Shown here piece by piece: positions 30,289 to 42,367 of a stretch of DNA of 64,000 nt; the first letter of the stretch is position 1, and every line of letters begins with the position of its first letter. Source of the stretch: Sedimentisphaerales bacterium (lineage in GTDB: Bacteria > Planctomycetota > Phycisphaerae > Sedimentisphaerales > SM23-30); contig CAXXFK010000030.1 in the NCBI GenBank assembly GCA_963663965.2, positions 224,001 through 288,000 of the forward strand, in the 5' to 3' direction. The notes under the pieces are model-generated. The model was not told the DNA's origin, did not search any database, and was given only the letters and a program-made list of their open reading frames with translations. The position numbers and the translations under genes are program-made.

Positions 30289-32973
30289 TTAATTGCGTTG
30301 AAAATCTTTGTCATCAATATCGTTGTCATCATCCAGATTCAAGTCGATGCCGGTATCAGGCCGCCCGGTCGCCAAAACAGGGATTTCCCGTTTGCGAGCG
30401 AATGAACCGGGTTCTGATTCCGCATCATCCTCTGCAACTGTTTGCCGGGAAAATCTGGAATCGGATTTTAACTGATCCGGCTGGTCGCTCAGTTTAAAGA
30501 AGGTGGTGACATTCAACAACTGATCGGCCTGGGCGGAGAATTCCTGGCTGGCAGAGGCGAGTTGCTCCGTCGAGGAACTGTTCTGTTGAACGACCTGATC
30601 CAGTTGGTGGATAGCCTGGGTGATCTGGTCGATCCCGGAAGCTTGTTCGCTGCTGGCGGCGTTGATTTCCTGAACCAGTTGAGCGGTCTTTTCGATACCG
30701 GGCACGATTTCATCCAGTAATTTACCGGCCTGCTCGGCAATCTCGACGCTATTGGTGGATAACGTGCTGATTTCCTGGGCGGCATTCTGACTGCGTTCGG
30801 CCAGTTTGCGTACTTCAGAGGCAACCACCGCGAAACCTTTGCCATGTTCGCCGGCCCGGGCCGCTTCAATGGCCGCGTTCAGCGCCAGCATATTGGTCTG
30901 GCGGGCGATTTCTTCGATAATATTGATCTTCTCGGCGATACTATTCATGGCTTTGACGGTTTCGGCCACCGATTCGCCGCCCATCTGGGCTTCGTTGGCG
31001 GCCTTTTCGGCAATGGCTGCGGTTTGCTGGGCGTTATCGGCGTTTTGACGGATGGTACTGCTCATTTCTTCCATCGAGCTGGAGATTTCTTCAATACTCG
31101 CCGCCTGTTCCGAGGCCCCCTGGGCCATCTGCTGAGTGGAGGAACTGATCTGTTCGCTGCCACTGGCGATCTGATTGGCCGCCGTTTGAACGTTGCGGGC
31201 AAAATCAGACAGTCTGTCGACCATGACAGAAATGGATTCCATCAATCGGTCATTGTCGGAACGTTTTTCCACAGTTTGATCGAGATCGCCATCGGCAATC
31301 TCTTTGGTTAAGGTGGCGATCTGATCGGTGGATTCAATGAGGCGATTGAGACTGGTCTTGATACGATTGAAATCGCCCTGATATTCTTCGACAATCAGAT
31401 CGGGTGATTCACCAATGGAGATCCGATCCAGATAACTGGATGTCACTTCGATCGGCTTGACAAACGATTCAATCAGTTGATTGATGCCCTGGATCAACTG
31501 GGCCCAGCCGCCGCCATAGCGATCGGCGTCGCCCCGTTGAGACAACTGGCCATTGCGGGCGGCATCCGTCAGGGTTTGGATTTCGTTAACAATCTGATCA
31601 ATGGTTTCGGCCATGCTGACCAATGCTTTGCCCAGTGTGTCGCGATCGGACAGGATACGCGGCCGGGCGGTCAGATCGCCACCGGCAAAGCGGCTGGCGC
31701 ATTCGGCGGTTTCCTTCAAATTGCCCGCCATTTGACCCACGGATTGCATGAGCTGGCCGATTTCATCGTCGCGTTGTTCGCCATTCTGAACCTCCAGATC
31801 ACCGCGGGCCAGGTTTTGAACCACGCCGACCAGATGCTGGATTGGTTGGACTATGCCTTTGGCGACCTGGAAAGCGGCGATTAAGGCCACGACCAGAATA
31901 CCGGCGGCAATGGCGATCGTTACCTTAATAATGTTGCTCAGACTGGCCAGCAGCCGGTCGGTTTCGTCACTGGCGGTATTGGTTTTCTGTTGGATGGTCT
32001 CAGTCTGCGCGGTGATACGGGCTTCCAGCATTTCGGTCATGCTGTTGATGGTATCGCGCATCGCGGAGAATTCCTGTTCCGTGCGTTTAAGATTAATTTG
32101 CCGGTTGAGATGGCGGTTGATATTATTCGCCGTTATTTCGATGACTTTGGCGCCATGTGCGGCCCAGGTTTGATATTCCTTGTCAAAGGCCGCTTTCAGC
32201 TCGAGCGCCGGGCCGGTCAGGCCTTTGGCGCCATCCGTGACCCGTTGCAAAGTTTGTCCGGTATTTTCCTGATAATCGGCCCGCAGACTTTCCAGGGCTT
32301 TCATATCGGCGGCTTCCATGATCTGCAGTTGAGCCAGGTAAGCCTGATAGGCGTCCCGGTCGGCGTTGAGCAGCAACGCGTACTGTTCGGCCACCTGTTT
32401 GGCCGAATTCTCATCCTTGGCCGGCCCCTCTTCGTAAAAGACCTCCATCTGATCGATCAGATCCCGCATCTTATCGAACACGGCAACGGATTGACGCAGT
32501 TCCTGATCACGCAGGGCGTATTCTTCCGCCAGAGCCCGGGTGTCTTTGCAGACATCCTGACAGGTCGCCTTCCAGGCGGTGAATTGCCCGGTAAAGGTCT
32601 GATAGACCGTTTTTAATTCGGCATCGTAGACCGCCGATGCCAGGCCCGCGCGCTCTTCCACCTGATTGGTGTTTTCATCGATCGATTTCTGATGTTCAAT
32701 GATTTCTTCATTGTTTTTCGACGTGATCGATAACAATAACGCTTCATTCGCCTGATAGGCGTCCCGGTCGGCATTGAGCAGTTTTTCGATGCTGGCGGAA
32801 TACGAATTCATTTGCGCCATATCCTCAGAGATAATGGGCAGTAAGGTTTGTTGCGTCGTTTTGCGCACCGTCTGATTGACTTGCATCAGGAAAAAGGTGT
32901 TGATCACGGTAAAAATGATCAATCCAATTAATGGAATGCCTGCCACCAGATTAACTTTGCCCTTGATCTTCAT
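30289..32973 (-). CDS. Methyl-accepting chemotaxis protein (duplicated helical sensor, poly-HAMP)
   Basis: 2 TM segments, [11 protein letters not shown] twice, [30 protein letters not shown]. Confidence 0.95.
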   Translation of the reverse strand: MKIKGKVNLVAGIPLIGLIIFTVINTFFLMQVNQTVRKTTQQTLLPIISEDMAQMNSYSASIEKLLNADRDAYQANEALLLSITSKNNEEIIEHQKSIDENTNQVEERAGLASAVYDAELKTVYQTFTGQFTAWKATCQDVCKDTRALAEEYALRDQELRQSVAVFDKMRDLIDQMEVFYEEGPAKDENSAKQVAEQYALLLNADRDAYQAYLAQLQIMEAADMKALESLRADYQENTGQTLQRVTDGAKGLTGPALELKAAFDKEYQTWAAHGAKVIEITANNINRHLNRQINLKRTEQEFSAMRDTINSMTEMLEARITAQTETIQQKTNTASDETDRLLASLSNIIKVTIAIAAGILVVALIAAFQVAKGIVQPIQHLVGVVQNLARGDLEVQNGEQRDDEIGQLMQSVGQMAGNLKETAECASRFAGGDLTARPRILSDRDTLGKALVSMAETIDQIVNEIQTLTDAARNGQLSQRGDADRYGGGWAQLIQGINQLIESFVKPIEVTSSYLDRISIGESPDLIVEEYQGDFNRIKTSLNRLIESTDQIATLTKEIADGDLDQTVEKRSDNDRLMESISVMVDRLSDFARNVQTAANQIASGSEQISSSTQQMAQGASEQAASIEEISSSMEEMSSTIRQNADNAQQTAAIAEKAANEAQMGGESVAETVKAMNSIAEKINIIEEIARQTNMLALNAAIEAARAGEHGKGFAVVASEVRKLAERSQNAAQEISTLSTNSVEIAEQAGKLLDEIVPGIEKTAQLVQEINAASSEQASGIDQITQAIHQLDQVVQQNSSSTEQLASASQEFSAQADQLLNVTTFFKLSDQPDQLKSDSRFSRQTVAEDDAESEPGSFARKREIPVLATGRPDTGIDLNLDDDNDIDDKDFQRN

Positions 32974-33018
32974 AATGTCTCTTTCTTAATAAAAATAAAT
33001 TCTCAGTGATTCGAATGA

Positions 33019-34776
33019 TTAGCCACGTTGAAATTCACTGTCATCAAATTCGTTGTCTTCATCCAGACACAGATCGATGCCTCCCCGGGAAGGCACTGTG
33101 GCCAGAGTTTCCTGGCGTCGCGTCTCGCGCCTGGCGGGTTTGGATGGGGTATTGTCGGGCAGGACTGAATCGGTATTTGGAGTTTCTTCCTCAGCTATTT
33201 GCCGGCCGAGTTTAAAGAAGGTGGTCAGGTTGAGTAGCTGTTCGGCCTGCGCCGAGAATTCTTGACTGGTGGAGGCCAGCTCTTCGGTGGCGGAACTGTT
33301 CTGCTGGACCACCTGATCCAGTTGATGGATAGCCTGGGTGATCTGGTCGATCCCGGTGGCCTGTTCACTGCTGGCGGCGTTGATTTCCTGGACCAGCTGG
33401 GCCGTTTTTTCGATGCCGGGCACAATTTCTTCCAGCAGCCTGCCAGCCTGGGCGGCGATTTCAACACTGTTGGTGGACAGGGTGCTGATTTCCTGGGCGG
33501 CATTCTGACTGCGTTCGGCCAGTTTGCGCACTTCGGAGGCCACCACGGCGAAGCCGCGGCCGTGTTCGCCGGCGCGGGCCGCTTCGATGGCCGCGTTCAG
33601 CGCCAGCATATTGGTCTGCCGCGCGATTTCTTCGATGATGTTGATTTTTTCGGCGATACTGTTCATGGCCCGAACCGTTTCAGCCACCGATTCGCCGCCC
33701 ATCTGGGCTTCGCTGGCGGCTTTTTCGGCAATGGCAGCGGTTTGCTGGGCATTGTCGGCGTTCTGGCGAATCGTACTGCTCATTTCTTCCATGGAACTGG
33801 AGATTTCCTCAATACTGGCCGCCTGTTCCGAGGCGCCCTGGGCGAGTTGCTGGGTCGAGGCGCTGATTTCCTCACTGCCACTGGCGATCTGGTTGGCCGA
33901 AGACTGCACGTCATGGGCAAAGCCGGACAGCCGGGTGATCATATTCTTGATGGAGGTCAGCAACTGGCCGATTTCATCCCGGGTATCAATCTGGATGATC
34001 ATGTCCAGGTAACCGCGGGACAATTTGTCCATGGTGGCCACCGCGCTGATAATCGGCTTAATAATGCCCCGGGCCACCCGCATCGATACGAGGGTGGTGA
34101 TGACCAATACGATCAGGAAAATGATCCCTTTAATGATGGTATAACGTGTGTTGGCCGTTTGAATGGTATGGCGAAGCGCGGCTTTTTCTTCTTCGACATT
34201 ATCGATATAGACGCCGGTTCCCAGGATCAGATCCGTGCCGGGAATGACCTGCACATAACTGACCTTGGGCTGGACGCCTTTGCCCTGCTTTTCGAAATAA
34301 TAGTCGACGAAGCCGGCCTTGTCCTTCTTGGCGAGTTCGGCCATGGCCTTGATATACGGTTTGCCATTGGTATCGAGGGAATCGGACATGTCCTTGCCGA
34401 TCAGGCTGGCGTTGATGGGGTGGTAGACCATCGTCGCCTTGCCATCGATCACAAAGAAATAACCGGATTGATCCTCAAAAAAGCGAACCGGTCCCAGCTC
34501 CGCTTGCAGAACTTCCAGCCTTTTATCCTCATCCACATTGGCCATAGTGGCAGCCATATTCTGCACGAGAATATTGGTGGCGTATTGAATGGTACTCTTA
34601 TTGCCATTCAGCACCTGTTTTTCAAAGTTCGGATAGACGATATCTTTGAATACCAGGTGTTCCAGCAGGATGTTGGCGCCCTGTAGCAGGAGCATGCCGA
34701 TCAGAAATAAAACGGGCAGCATCAGAATTCTGAAACGGATGGTTTTGTCTTTCAGGTTGAACATTAAAGGCCTCAC
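33019..34776 (-). CDS. Methyl-accepting chemotaxis protein with a Cache sensor
   Basis: GYFFV..HP..GKD..DTNGKPY..PKVSYV..GTGVYID, HAMP and MCP signalling domain. Confidence 0.95.
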   Translation of the reverse strand: MRPLMFNLKDKTIRFRILMLPVLFLIGMLLLQGANILLEHLVFKDIVYPNFEKQVLNGNKSTIQYATNILVQNMAATMANVDEDKRLEVLQAELGPVRFFEDQSGYFFVIDGKATMVYHPINASLIGKDMSDSLDTNGKPYIKAMAELAKKDKAGFVDYYFEKQGKGVQPKVSYVQVIPGTDLILGTGVYIDNVEEEKAALRHTIQTANTRYTIIKGIIFLIVLVITTLVSMRVARGIIKPIISAVATMDKLSRGYLDMIIQIDTRDEIGQLLTSIKNMITRLSGFAHDVQSSANQIASGSEEISASTQQLAQGASEQAASIEEISSSMEEMSSTIRQNADNAQQTAAIAEKAASEAQMGGESVAETVRAMNSIAEKINIIEEIARQTNMLALNAAIEAARAGEHGRGFAVVASEVRKLAERSQNAAQEISTLSTNSVEIAAQAGRLLEEIVPGIEKTAQLVQEINAASSEQATGIDQITQAIHQLDQVVQQNSSATEELASTSQEFSAQAEQLLNLTTFFKLGRQIAEEETPNTDSVLPDNTPSKPARRETRRQETLATVPSRGGIDLCLDEDNEFDDSEFQRG

Positions 34777-34812
34777 TTTCTGTTATATTCCAGGTCGAAA
34801 CATTACGATTGT

Positions 34813-37227
34813 TCAGGTTGTGCGTTCGAATTCACTGTCCTGAATCATTTCATCCTCATCCAGGTCCAGATCAATTCCCATGGAGGATTTGGCATGGGAA
34901 CCGGATTTTCTAAAATCCGCTTCCAGGCGCGGTTTATTCATTGAGGGTTGATGCTTGAATGCCGCGCGGGTATCGGATAGTTTGAAGAATGCTGCGGTTT
35001 TCTGCAAGTGTTCCGCTTGAGCGGAGAATTCTTCGCTGGTGGACGCCATTTCTTCGGTAGACGAGCTGTTTTGCTGGACCACCTGATCCAGTTGATGAAT
35101 CGCCTGAGTGACTTGTTCGATCCCCCCGGCCTGTTCGCTGCTGGCCGCGTTGATCTCCTGTACCAGTTCGGCGGTTTTTTGGATATCCGGGACGATCCGG
35201 TTCAGCAGTTCGCCGGCTTTCTGGGCGATATCGACACTTTCCGTGGAGAGGCTACTGATCTCCTGGGCGGCATTCTGACTGCGTTCGGCCAGTTTGCGCA
35301 CTTCGGCGGCCACCACGGCAAAGCCCTTGCCATGTTCGCCGGCGCGGGCCGCTTCAATGGCCGCGTTCAGCGCCAGCATATTGGTTTGCCGCGCGATTTC
35401 TTCGATGATATTGATTTTTTCGGCGATACTGGTCATGGCCGTAACGGTCTGATTGACTGCGGAACCGCCCTCGCGCGCATCTTCGGCCGCCTTCACCGCG
35501 ATCGACGCGGTTTGCTGGGCGTTATCGGCATTTTGACGGGTAGTGCTGGCCATTTCCTCCATCGAGCTGGAGATCTGTTCGATACTGGCGGCCTGTTCCG
35601 AGGCGCCCTGCGCCATTTGCTGGGCCGAGGCGCTGATCTGTTCACTGCCGCTGGCCACCTGACTGGCCGAGTTCTGGACATCGGTAACGAACCGGGTCAG
35701 GTTTTCGATCATACTGTTAATGTTGCTTTTGATTTTGTTAAAGTCGCCGCGATAATTATCTTGTACCAGTCCGGGCAATTCACCGTGAGCGATTTTATTG
35801 ACGTTATCCGCCGCCATGTTGACCGGTTGGATAAATGCTTCGACCAGGTCGTTAATCCCGTTGACCAGATCGCCCCAGCCGCCGCCGAAGCGCCTGGATT
35901 CGCCACGGACATCGAGCTGACCGTCTTTGACGGCCTGGGTCAGGATGGTGATTTCCTCGACGATCTGATTAATCGTCGTGACCATGGTATCCAGTGATTT
36001 GCCCAGGATATCATCATCCGACAGAACTTTGGGTTTGGCTGACAGATCACCGGCAGCGAAGCAATCGGCGCTCTGGGCCGTGACTTTCAAGTTGGTAATC
36101 ATCTCACGCATGGCCCGCAGCATCTGGCCGATTTCGTCGGTGCGCCTGGTCTCAATGGCATGATTCAGATTGCCGCGCGCCATCTCCTCGGCGATCTGGG
36201 CCGCCTCGCTGACCGGTTTGGTAATCGAACGGGTCAGCGCGATGCCGATTCCCAGCGCCAGAACAACGGATATGGAGGAAATGGACAACATAATGTTGCG
36301 GGTGTTGATCACATTGGCTTTCATCTGAGTCAGGCTTGCGTCGATTTCGTCATGAATCACTTCTTCCGCCTCGTCAGCTAACGCCACAAAGGATTGATAT
36401 TCCTTGTCAAATTCCACTTCCACCTGTTCCATGGCGGCGGTGTTGCTTTGCCGGATTTGATAACGGCTTTCCACGGCTTTGACCAGTTTTTCCGCCTGGT
36501 CACACTGCGATTGGCAGATGTCATCATCGATTTTACCTTTCAAGTCCGCGATGATTTGTTTCCCGGCGTTAAAACCGGCAATGACATCTTCAATCTTGTT
36601 GGTTGTATCTCCAGACATGAGTTCTTCGAAGAATAAGTGGCTGTCGGCCGTCAGGAACTTGGCCTGGCCGATAGCCGCGGTGACTTCAATTTCGCCTTTA
36701 TATTTTTCCTGGGTGGAATCCAGCGTTTTCATCAGGGTGTCGTAACTGTCATCAAACTGCTGGTCGGCGTCAGCCATAATGGCATTAAAGGTCTGGTTTT
36801 TTTCCACGCGTTGCCGGGCCATTTCCGCAAAAGCCAGCACGGATTTTTTTACATCGTTGATTTTCTGACGTACCTCTTTATTTTCACTGGCATAAAAGGT
36901 GCCCTCAGCATTCTGACCGCCGTTCACAATCGCGTCACAATACCAGGCGGTTTCGTTCAACAGTTCCTGGACATGCTCGATGTTTTCGGTGCTGTCACCG
37001 GCCATGACCTCTTCCAGTTTCAAATGGGCGTTGGCGGCGGTCAGTTTGATTTCCATGGCGGCATCGCCCAGGGGGGCGAGTTTTTCCGCCGAATGCACGC
37101 CATGCTCACCAATATTTTTGGAATAATAAATTCCCAGACCACCGGTCAGACCGGTAATTAATGAGACCAGTAAAAAAGCCGCGATAATGGTGACACCCAG
37201 TTTGGTTCTTTTTTCATTCGTTTTCAT
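34813..37227 (-). CDS. Methyl-accepting chemotaxis protein (duplicated helical sensor, poly-HAMP)
   Basis: 2 TM segments, repeated HLxxEExMxGD motif, MCP hairpin. Confidence 0.95.
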   Translation of the reverse strand: MKTNEKRTKLGVTIIAAFLLVSLITGLTGGLGIYYSKNIGEHGVHSAEKLAPLGDAAMEIKLTAANAHLKLEEVMAGDSTENIEHVQELLNETAWYCDAIVNGGQNAEGTFYASENKEVRQKINDVKKSVLAFAEMARQRVEKNQTFNAIMADADQQFDDSYDTLMKTLDSTQEKYKGEIEVTAAIGQAKFLTADSHLFFEELMSGDTTNKIEDVIAGFNAGKQIIADLKGKIDDDICQSQCDQAEKLVKAVESRYQIRQSNTAAMEQVEVEFDKEYQSFVALADEAEEVIHDEIDASLTQMKANVINTRNIMLSISSISVVLALGIGIALTRSITKPVSEAAQIAEEMARGNLNHAIETRRTDEIGQMLRAMREMITNLKVTAQSADCFAAGDLSAKPKVLSDDDILGKSLDTMVTTINQIVEEITILTQAVKDGQLDVRGESRRFGGGWGDLVNGINDLVEAFIQPVNMAADNVNKIAHGELPGLVQDNYRGDFNKIKSNINSMIENLTRFVTDVQNSASQVASGSEQISASAQQMAQGASEQAASIEQISSSMEEMASTTRQNADNAQQTASIAVKAAEDAREGGSAVNQTVTAMTSIAEKINIIEEIARQTNMLALNAAIEAARAGEHGKGFAVVAAEVRKLAERSQNAAQEISSLSTESVDIAQKAGELLNRIVPDIQKTAELVQEINAASSEQAGGIEQVTQAIHQLDQVVQQNSSSTEEMASTSEEFSAQAEHLQKTAAFFKLSDTRAAFKHQPSMNKPRLEADFRKSGSHAKSSMGIDLDLDEDEMIQDSEFERTT

Positions 37228-37263
37228 GGTTACTCTCTCAATCAAAATTAATAATTAGATGGT

Positions 37264-39378
37264 TTATCTGGTTACCAGGGCTCTTTCTTCCTGTTCGGCG
37301 CAACGCACCAATCCGGCTACATCCAGGATCAGCGCCACGCTGCCGTCTCCCATAATGGTGGCGGCGGAGACCCCTTCGACATCCTGATAGATTTTGCCCA
37401 GTGATTTAATTACGGTCTGGTGGTCGCCGATGATATGATCGACTACCAATCCCAATCTTGAATCATTAAAGTTTACGATTACCGTTTCTTCGACTTCCGA
37501 TGGTTTGCTCCAAACCTGGAAGACCTCACGCAATCGGATATAGGGAACCAGTTCGCCACGAACTCTCATTAAGTTTCGTTCCCCGTTAAGGGCGCGATAC
37601 TGCGATGACATTTCCACACATTCTTCGATCATACTGACCGGTACGACATAACGATCGGGGCCGACTTCAACCAGCAATCCGTCAATAATCGCCAGGGTCA
37701 GCGGCAGGGACAGGGTGATGGTGGTGCCCTGACCCGGTTCACTTTCGATATCGATGGCACCCCGCAGGGCTTCGATTTCGCGTTTGACCACATCCATACC
37801 GACACCGCGACCGGAGACGCTGGTAACGGCTTCGGCGGTAGAAAAGCCGGGCATAAAGATAAGATTAAATGTTTCTTTGCGAGTTAGTTCCGCGTCTGGA
37901 GCGATCAATCCTTTTTCGATGGCCCGGCTTAACAATTTCTGCCGGTCCAGACCTTTGCCATCATCCTTGATCGAGATGACGACATTCGCGCCGCGATGGG
38001 CCGCGATCAGCCGGATCGTACCGGCCGGATTTTTGCCGGCCTGCCGGCGCGTATCCGGCGATTCGATGCCATGGTCGATACTGTTGCGGATCAGGTGTAC
38101 CAGGGGATCGCCCAGTCGTTCGATCACGGTTTTGTCCAGTTCGGTTTCGGCGCCCTCGGTCGTCAGTTCGATTTCTTTGCCCAGTTCTTTGGACAGATCA
38201 CGAACCAGCCGTCGGAAACGGTTAAAGGTCGAGCCGATCGGCATCATGCGGATATTCAGTACACTGTCACGCAACTCGGCGGTCAGGCGTTCGACTTCTT
38301 CCACCGGTTTGGCCAGTTCGGGCTGGTCGCTGTTTTCAGAAATTTCCGTCAATTGCGCCTGGGTGATGACCAGTTCACCGACCAGATTGATCAAGTGATC
38401 CAGTTTGTCGGAGGAGACCTTGACATAGCCGGTCGATTCGGTCTGCTTTTGCTGGCGAACGAGGTTCTGTTCCTGCAAGGCCGATTGAATTTTATCCGGG
38501 GTTATTTTGCCCTTGTTGACCAGGATTTCACCCAGTTTGGAATGTTGATTCAGGGCTTCTTCGATATCGGATTCTGAAGCGTCGCCCCGGGCAACCAGGA
38601 TTTCACCCAGTCTGGGCAGTTCGTTATCTTCAATGGTATGAGCGATGGTGGGTGTGGAGATCTGCTCGATCCGGATTTCACTGTTGCCTTGGACAAAGAT
38701 AAAGACATCCTGAATGGCTTCTTTGGGATTATCGGAGGTCAGGATGATATCCCAATACATATAACAGGCTTCCGGATCGAGCTGGCCCAGGTCTGGAATC
38801 CGGTCGGTATAGGCGGTATAGTGACATTCGCCCAGTTCGGACAGTTCATCCAGCAATAATACCGGATCGGTGCCAGAGGCAAAGATCGAAGCCTCCGGCG
38901 CGAAACGGATCCGCCAGGACGCGAGTTGTTTCTTGTTCATTCGCACGGATCGGGACGCCGGCTGAGCCGCCTGGGTCGGGGCCGCGGCCGGGGCGTCGGG
39001 AGATGTTCCCGAAACCAGGGCTTCCAGGGCGGCGACAATCTGTTGATTCCGATCCGGGTCCACATCCTGGCCGTCGAGCATGGCTTTGATCTGGTCGCGG
39101 CTGGCCAGGATCAGATCGATTAATTCCTGACTGACCGGCGCGGCGCCATTGCGGACCAGATCCAGCGCGGTTTCGACGTGGTGGGTAAAAGACGCCACCG
39201 CTTCAAAACCGAACATGCTCCCGGACCCTTTAATGGTATGCATGGCCCGGAACAGGCGATTGATCGCATCCTGATCTTCAGGATTTTGTTCCATATCTAA
39301 TACGCTTTCTTCCACCGCCGCCAGCAGCTCTTCGGCCTCCTGGCGAAACGTATCGGCAAATTTATTGTGTTCGCTCAT
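37264..39378 (-). CDS. cheA: Chemotaxis histidine kinase
   Basis: FRAMHTIKG, HLIRNSIDHGIE, DDGKG, SGRGVGMDVV, C-terminal CheW domain. Confidence 0.97.
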   Translation of the reverse strand: MSEHNKFADTFRQEAEELLAAVEESVLDMEQNPEDQDAINRLFRAMHTIKGSGSMFGFEAVASFTHHVETALDLVRNGAAPVSQELIDLILASRDQIKAMLDGQDVDPDRNQQIVAALEALVSGTSPDAPAAAPTQAAQPASRSVRMNKKQLASWRIRFAPEASIFASGTDPVLLLDELSELGECHYTAYTDRIPDLGQLDPEACYMYWDIILTSDNPKEAIQDVFIFVQGNSEIRIEQISTPTIAHTIEDNELPRLGEILVARGDASESDIEEALNQHSKLGEILVNKGKITPDKIQSALQEQNLVRQQKQTESTGYVKVSSDKLDHLINLVGELVITQAQLTEISENSDQPELAKPVEEVERLTAELRDSVLNIRMMPIGSTFNRFRRLVRDLSKELGKEIELTTEGAETELDKTVIERLGDPLVHLIRNSIDHGIESPDTRRQAGKNPAGTIRLIAAHRGANVVISIKDDGKGLDRQKLLSRAIEKGLIAPDAELTRKETFNLIFMPGFSTAEAVTSVSGRGVGMDVVKREIEALRGAIDIESEPGQGTTITLSLPLTLAIIDGLLVEVGPDRYVVPVSMIEECVEMSSQYRALNGERNLMRVRGELVPYIRLREVFQVWSKPSEVEETVIVNFNDSRLGLVVDHIIGDHQTVIKSLGKIYQDVEGVSAATIMGDGSVALILDVAGLVRCAEQEERALVTR

Positions 39379-39399
39379 GGGAATTCCTTTCCAGGCGTT

Positions 39400-39765
39400 T
39401 TAACGCAAAACTTTCTTAACTACTCCGACCAACTGTTCCGGATTAAACGGTTTGACGATCCAGCCGGTCGCGCCGGCCGCCTTGCCTTCCTGTTTTTTGT
39501 CATCCTGTGATTCTGTTGTCAGCATGATCATGGGCATAAACTTATACTGGGGCAGTTTACGCACTTCCTTAATCAGGGTAATCCCGTCCATATTCGGCAT
39601 GTTCAGATCGGTAATGACCATATTGATTTCATTGGCCGAGAGCTTGTTGAGCGCATCCTGGCCATCCTGGGCTTCAACCACATTGTAGCCCGCCTGTTTC
39701 AGGGTAAAACTGATCATTTGTCGCATGCTGGCCGAATCGTCTACGGTCAAAATCGTATTTGACAT
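39400..39765 (-). CDS. cheY: CheY-like response regulator
   Basis: VDDS, TDLNMPNMDG, LTTES, GWIVKPF, immediately upstream of cheA. Confidence 0.92.
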   Translation of the reverse strand: MSNTILTVDDSASMRQMISFTLKQAGYNVVEAQDGQDALNKLSANEINMVITDLNMPNMDGITLIKEVRKLPQYKFMPMIMLTTESQDDKKQEGKAAGATGWIVKPFNPEQLVGVVKKVLR

Positions 39766-39777
39766 AGGGTGTCTCCT

Positions 39778-40080
39778 TTATTGAAGCATGGCTGCGGGCA
39801 TATCAAATCCGATCTGCCGCATTTTGGCCGCCAGTGAATCGGAACAATCTGTGATCGACAGGCGTCTTTTGTTTTTCTCGGCGGTTTTTCCGGCCGCAAC
39901 CAGTATTTGTAAAGCGGTAATGTCGCAATCGGTCACATCAGCCAGATTGAGTTCGATTGCCGGTGAGGTATCGAGCGCTTCCAGTAAGGTATTCCGAAGC
40001 GAAACGGCATCGTAAATGGTGATGTCGCCATCGAGGATAAAAATGGTTCTATCTTTTATTTTTTCATTTCGCAGGTTCAT
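39778..40080 (-). CDS. STAS domain protein
   Basis: LDGDITIY..LNLADVTDCDITALQIL, in the usual position before cheY-cheA. Confidence 0.85.
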   Translation of the reverse strand: MNLRNEKIKDRTIFILDGDITIYDAVSLRNTLLEALDTSPAIELNLADVTDCDITALQILVAAGKTAEKNKRRLSITDCSDSLAAKMRQIGFDMPAAMLQ

Positions 40081-40103
40081 GATGGTATCCTTTTATGATC
40101 GTA

Positions 40104-41927
40104 TTAGAATAATTCGATATTGTCTCCAAGATCGTCCTCACTGCCTGAGGACAAGTCTGCCTGGGGCAGGGTATCCGTAGAGAAACCGGCGCCGGTATCG
40201 GATGTGGCATTATTGGCGCCGGTCAGGCATAGGCGATGAATGATCCGTTCGTTTTCCATCGTGTAGCGCCGGCCGATTTGTTCCAGTTCCGCCCGTTGAC
40301 TTTCAGTAACCGAACCGGCATAATCCGCCAGCGGCGCGGCCAGTTCGTTCAGAACCAGGCTGTGTTCCCGTAAACGCGCCTCCAGATCGGTTAAAAAAGC
40401 AAGCGAATCCCGGATGGGTTCAATGCGATCATTCAACTCCAGGATTGATTGTTGCAGTTGATCGAGCATGACGGAACTGTTATCGAACACCTGGTTAAAT
40501 TCATTGAGATAACGGTCTAATAGCGTCTCTTGCGGCTCTTTGGCAACCTGATTGTTCGTCTCGGCGCTATTGACTTTCCTTAGAATTTTCTGGGTGTTAT
40601 CCACAATATCTTTAAGTTGCCGGCTGATACTGTCCACCCAGGCGCCGGTATCGTTGGAAGTCTGATAAACTTCCTGCGCCAGTACTTCCTGGGTACGACC
40701 CTCCTGGCCCAGGTGGCCGGACAGGACAATGGCGTTCATCGACTTCAGGTCAAGTTCGATCCGGATCTCCCCGATCGCATCGGCCTGGCTATGTAATTTT
40801 TCAGATAATCCGCTTAATCGAGTTATGGACTGAATGATGTTATGACGAAGTTGGGAGGTTTTTCGTAACAAGCTGGAAAAATTCGCCAGCTTGGACTGGA
40901 TTTGAGGATACACTTGCCGGTCACTCGTCGGATTTTCGGCCGGATTGTTATTTAGCTTAAGGATCGAACTGGCAATGTCAATCAGGGCATGATCCATTTC
41001 ATCATAAACCCGCCGAAAGGTCTGGGCGGCCTGTTCGATCTGGGCGCCCTGCAAGGTCAGGATCAGATAAGTCATGCCCAGTTGCGATGACTCGTTTCCG
41101 GCGGTCGAATCGGTATATCCGATTCGAATTTCGTCCAGCGATTCTATGACATGTTCCAGTTGCTGGCGGGTAATATCGTGGAATTGAATACCCATGACAA
41201 CATCGTTTATGTGACGAGTGACCTCGGCAAAGATATGGACGGCTTGCGTCATGGTCTGGTGTGAATGTTCGGATAGTGTGGCAATATCAATGAGTACCTG
41301 ACGGATCTGCATATCGACTTCTTCCACCAGCGGCGCCAGGTAAGCCAACTCGCTACGCATGGTTTTGATCGTTGCCATCTGAAGTTGATGGCATGACTGA
41401 ATATCCGTGTTGTAGGTGGCTGATATCTCTTTGATTCGATCGCTCAGCTTTGAGATCTCGTATGAAAAGTCAGTAAAGTCGGCGCGGGCCCAATCCAGAT
41501 GAACGCTTTCCACCTGCATATTCAGGCCGATAATCCGTAACCGGCGTGTCATTTTACCCAACGTGCCCCTGGATTGCTCCAGACGATCCGTGATTTGTGC
41601 TGTCTGCTCCAGGATCGTCATGTCCTCGTGAGCGTCTTGCTGAGAGCGGTTCAATTCGACCAGTGCCTGTTCGACCAGTTCCAGGACCTTCCTGACTGGG
41701 TGGTCTTCCCGGGCTGGATCCATACCATCGGCGTTAATGAAGGTGTTTTCCCGGATCTTCCCGATGGCCAGCGAAAGATTTTGCAGCGATTCGCAGATCT
41801 GCATGAATCCCGGTTCAACCGTTTGGTTCGTCGCTTCAATGTGACGAGCCAGATCCGTTATCTGACTTAATGCGTTATCGCTCAATACGCTCATTTCTCT
41901 CTGCTCTTCTGCTATTAATAAAGCCAT
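40104..41927 (-). CDS. Soluble divergent MCP-like protein
   Basis: Degenerate hairpins (IIGLNMQVES, KSMNAIV), GIQFHDITRQQLEHV, RYTMENER, C-terminal DLGDNIELF. Confidence 0.8.
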   Translation of the reverse strand: MALLIAEEQREMSVLSDNALSQITDLARHIEATNQTVEPGFMQICESLQNLSLAIGKIRENTFINADGMDPAREDHPVRKVLELVEQALVELNRSQQDAHEDMTILEQTAQITDRLEQSRGTLGKMTRRLRIIGLNMQVESVHLDWARADFTDFSYEISKLSDRIKEISATYNTDIQSCHQLQMATIKTMRSELAYLAPLVEEVDMQIRQVLIDIATLSEHSHQTMTQAVHIFAEVTRHINDVVMGIQFHDITRQQLEHVIESLDEIRIGYTDSTAGNESSQLGMTYLILTLQGAQIEQAAQTFRRVYDEMDHALIDIASSILKLNNNPAENPTSDRQVYPQIQSKLANFSSLLRKTSQLRHNIIQSITRLSGLSEKLHSQADAIGEIRIELDLKSMNAIVLSGHLGQEGRTQEVLAQEVYQTSNDTGAWVDSISRQLKDIVDNTQKILRKVNSAETNNQVAKEPQETLLDRYLNEFNQVFDNSSVMLDQLQQSILELNDRIEPIRDSLAFLTDLEARLREHSLVLNELAAPLADYAGSVTESQRAELEQIGRRYTMENERIIHRLCLTGANNATSDTGAGFSTDTLPQADLSSGSEDDLGDNIELF

Positions 41928-42289
41928 TTTCTCTTATGAGTAAAGTACGTTTAAAGATACAGGCGTTTGAATACTTTTCCTCAATTCCCATTTCGACCGG
42001 AATACTATAAAACTTAGGCAAGTTATTATCGATGGACTTTATCCAGATAGGCCGTCCGATAAAAAAGGCCATATTAGCCGATGAATTCCATTTTTTCCGC
42101 TGTTGTTTTACCAAGATGTCATAATGAGCAATGGGAAGTTTTTTTATGTGACCGATAATTGAAAGGTTATCAAGAAAATCAGGTTGCCCGGACCGATTCT
42201 GACAGGTGCGAAAAACGGGAGTTTCGAATCAACGAGGTTTTTTATAACGGATTTGTTTAATATTTTTCCAAATGGTTATAAAGTCAAAT

Positions 42290-42317
42290 AAAAAACGCGG
42301 TGTGGAACCGCGTTTTT
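42290..42317. terminator. Bidirectional-type intrinsic terminator ending the hydrogenase operon
   Basis: AAAAAACGCGGT-GTGGA-ACCGCGTTTTT. Confidence 0.8.
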
Positions 42318-42367
42318 CAAAGATAAGTACTGTATTAAGGCGATTTAATGTTGGAATCAATAGCCGG

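Noticed and set aside
30500..35700. Long near-identical DNA repeats as a mobile element or CRISPR array
   Set aside because: They are the conserved signalling domains of three paralogous MCP genes.
33262..35997. Long antisense ORFs (474 aa and 329 aa) and similar shadow ORFs over thiG, dinG and secDF
   Set aside because: They lie opposite well-supported genes in GC-rich coding sequence and show no recognisable motifs.
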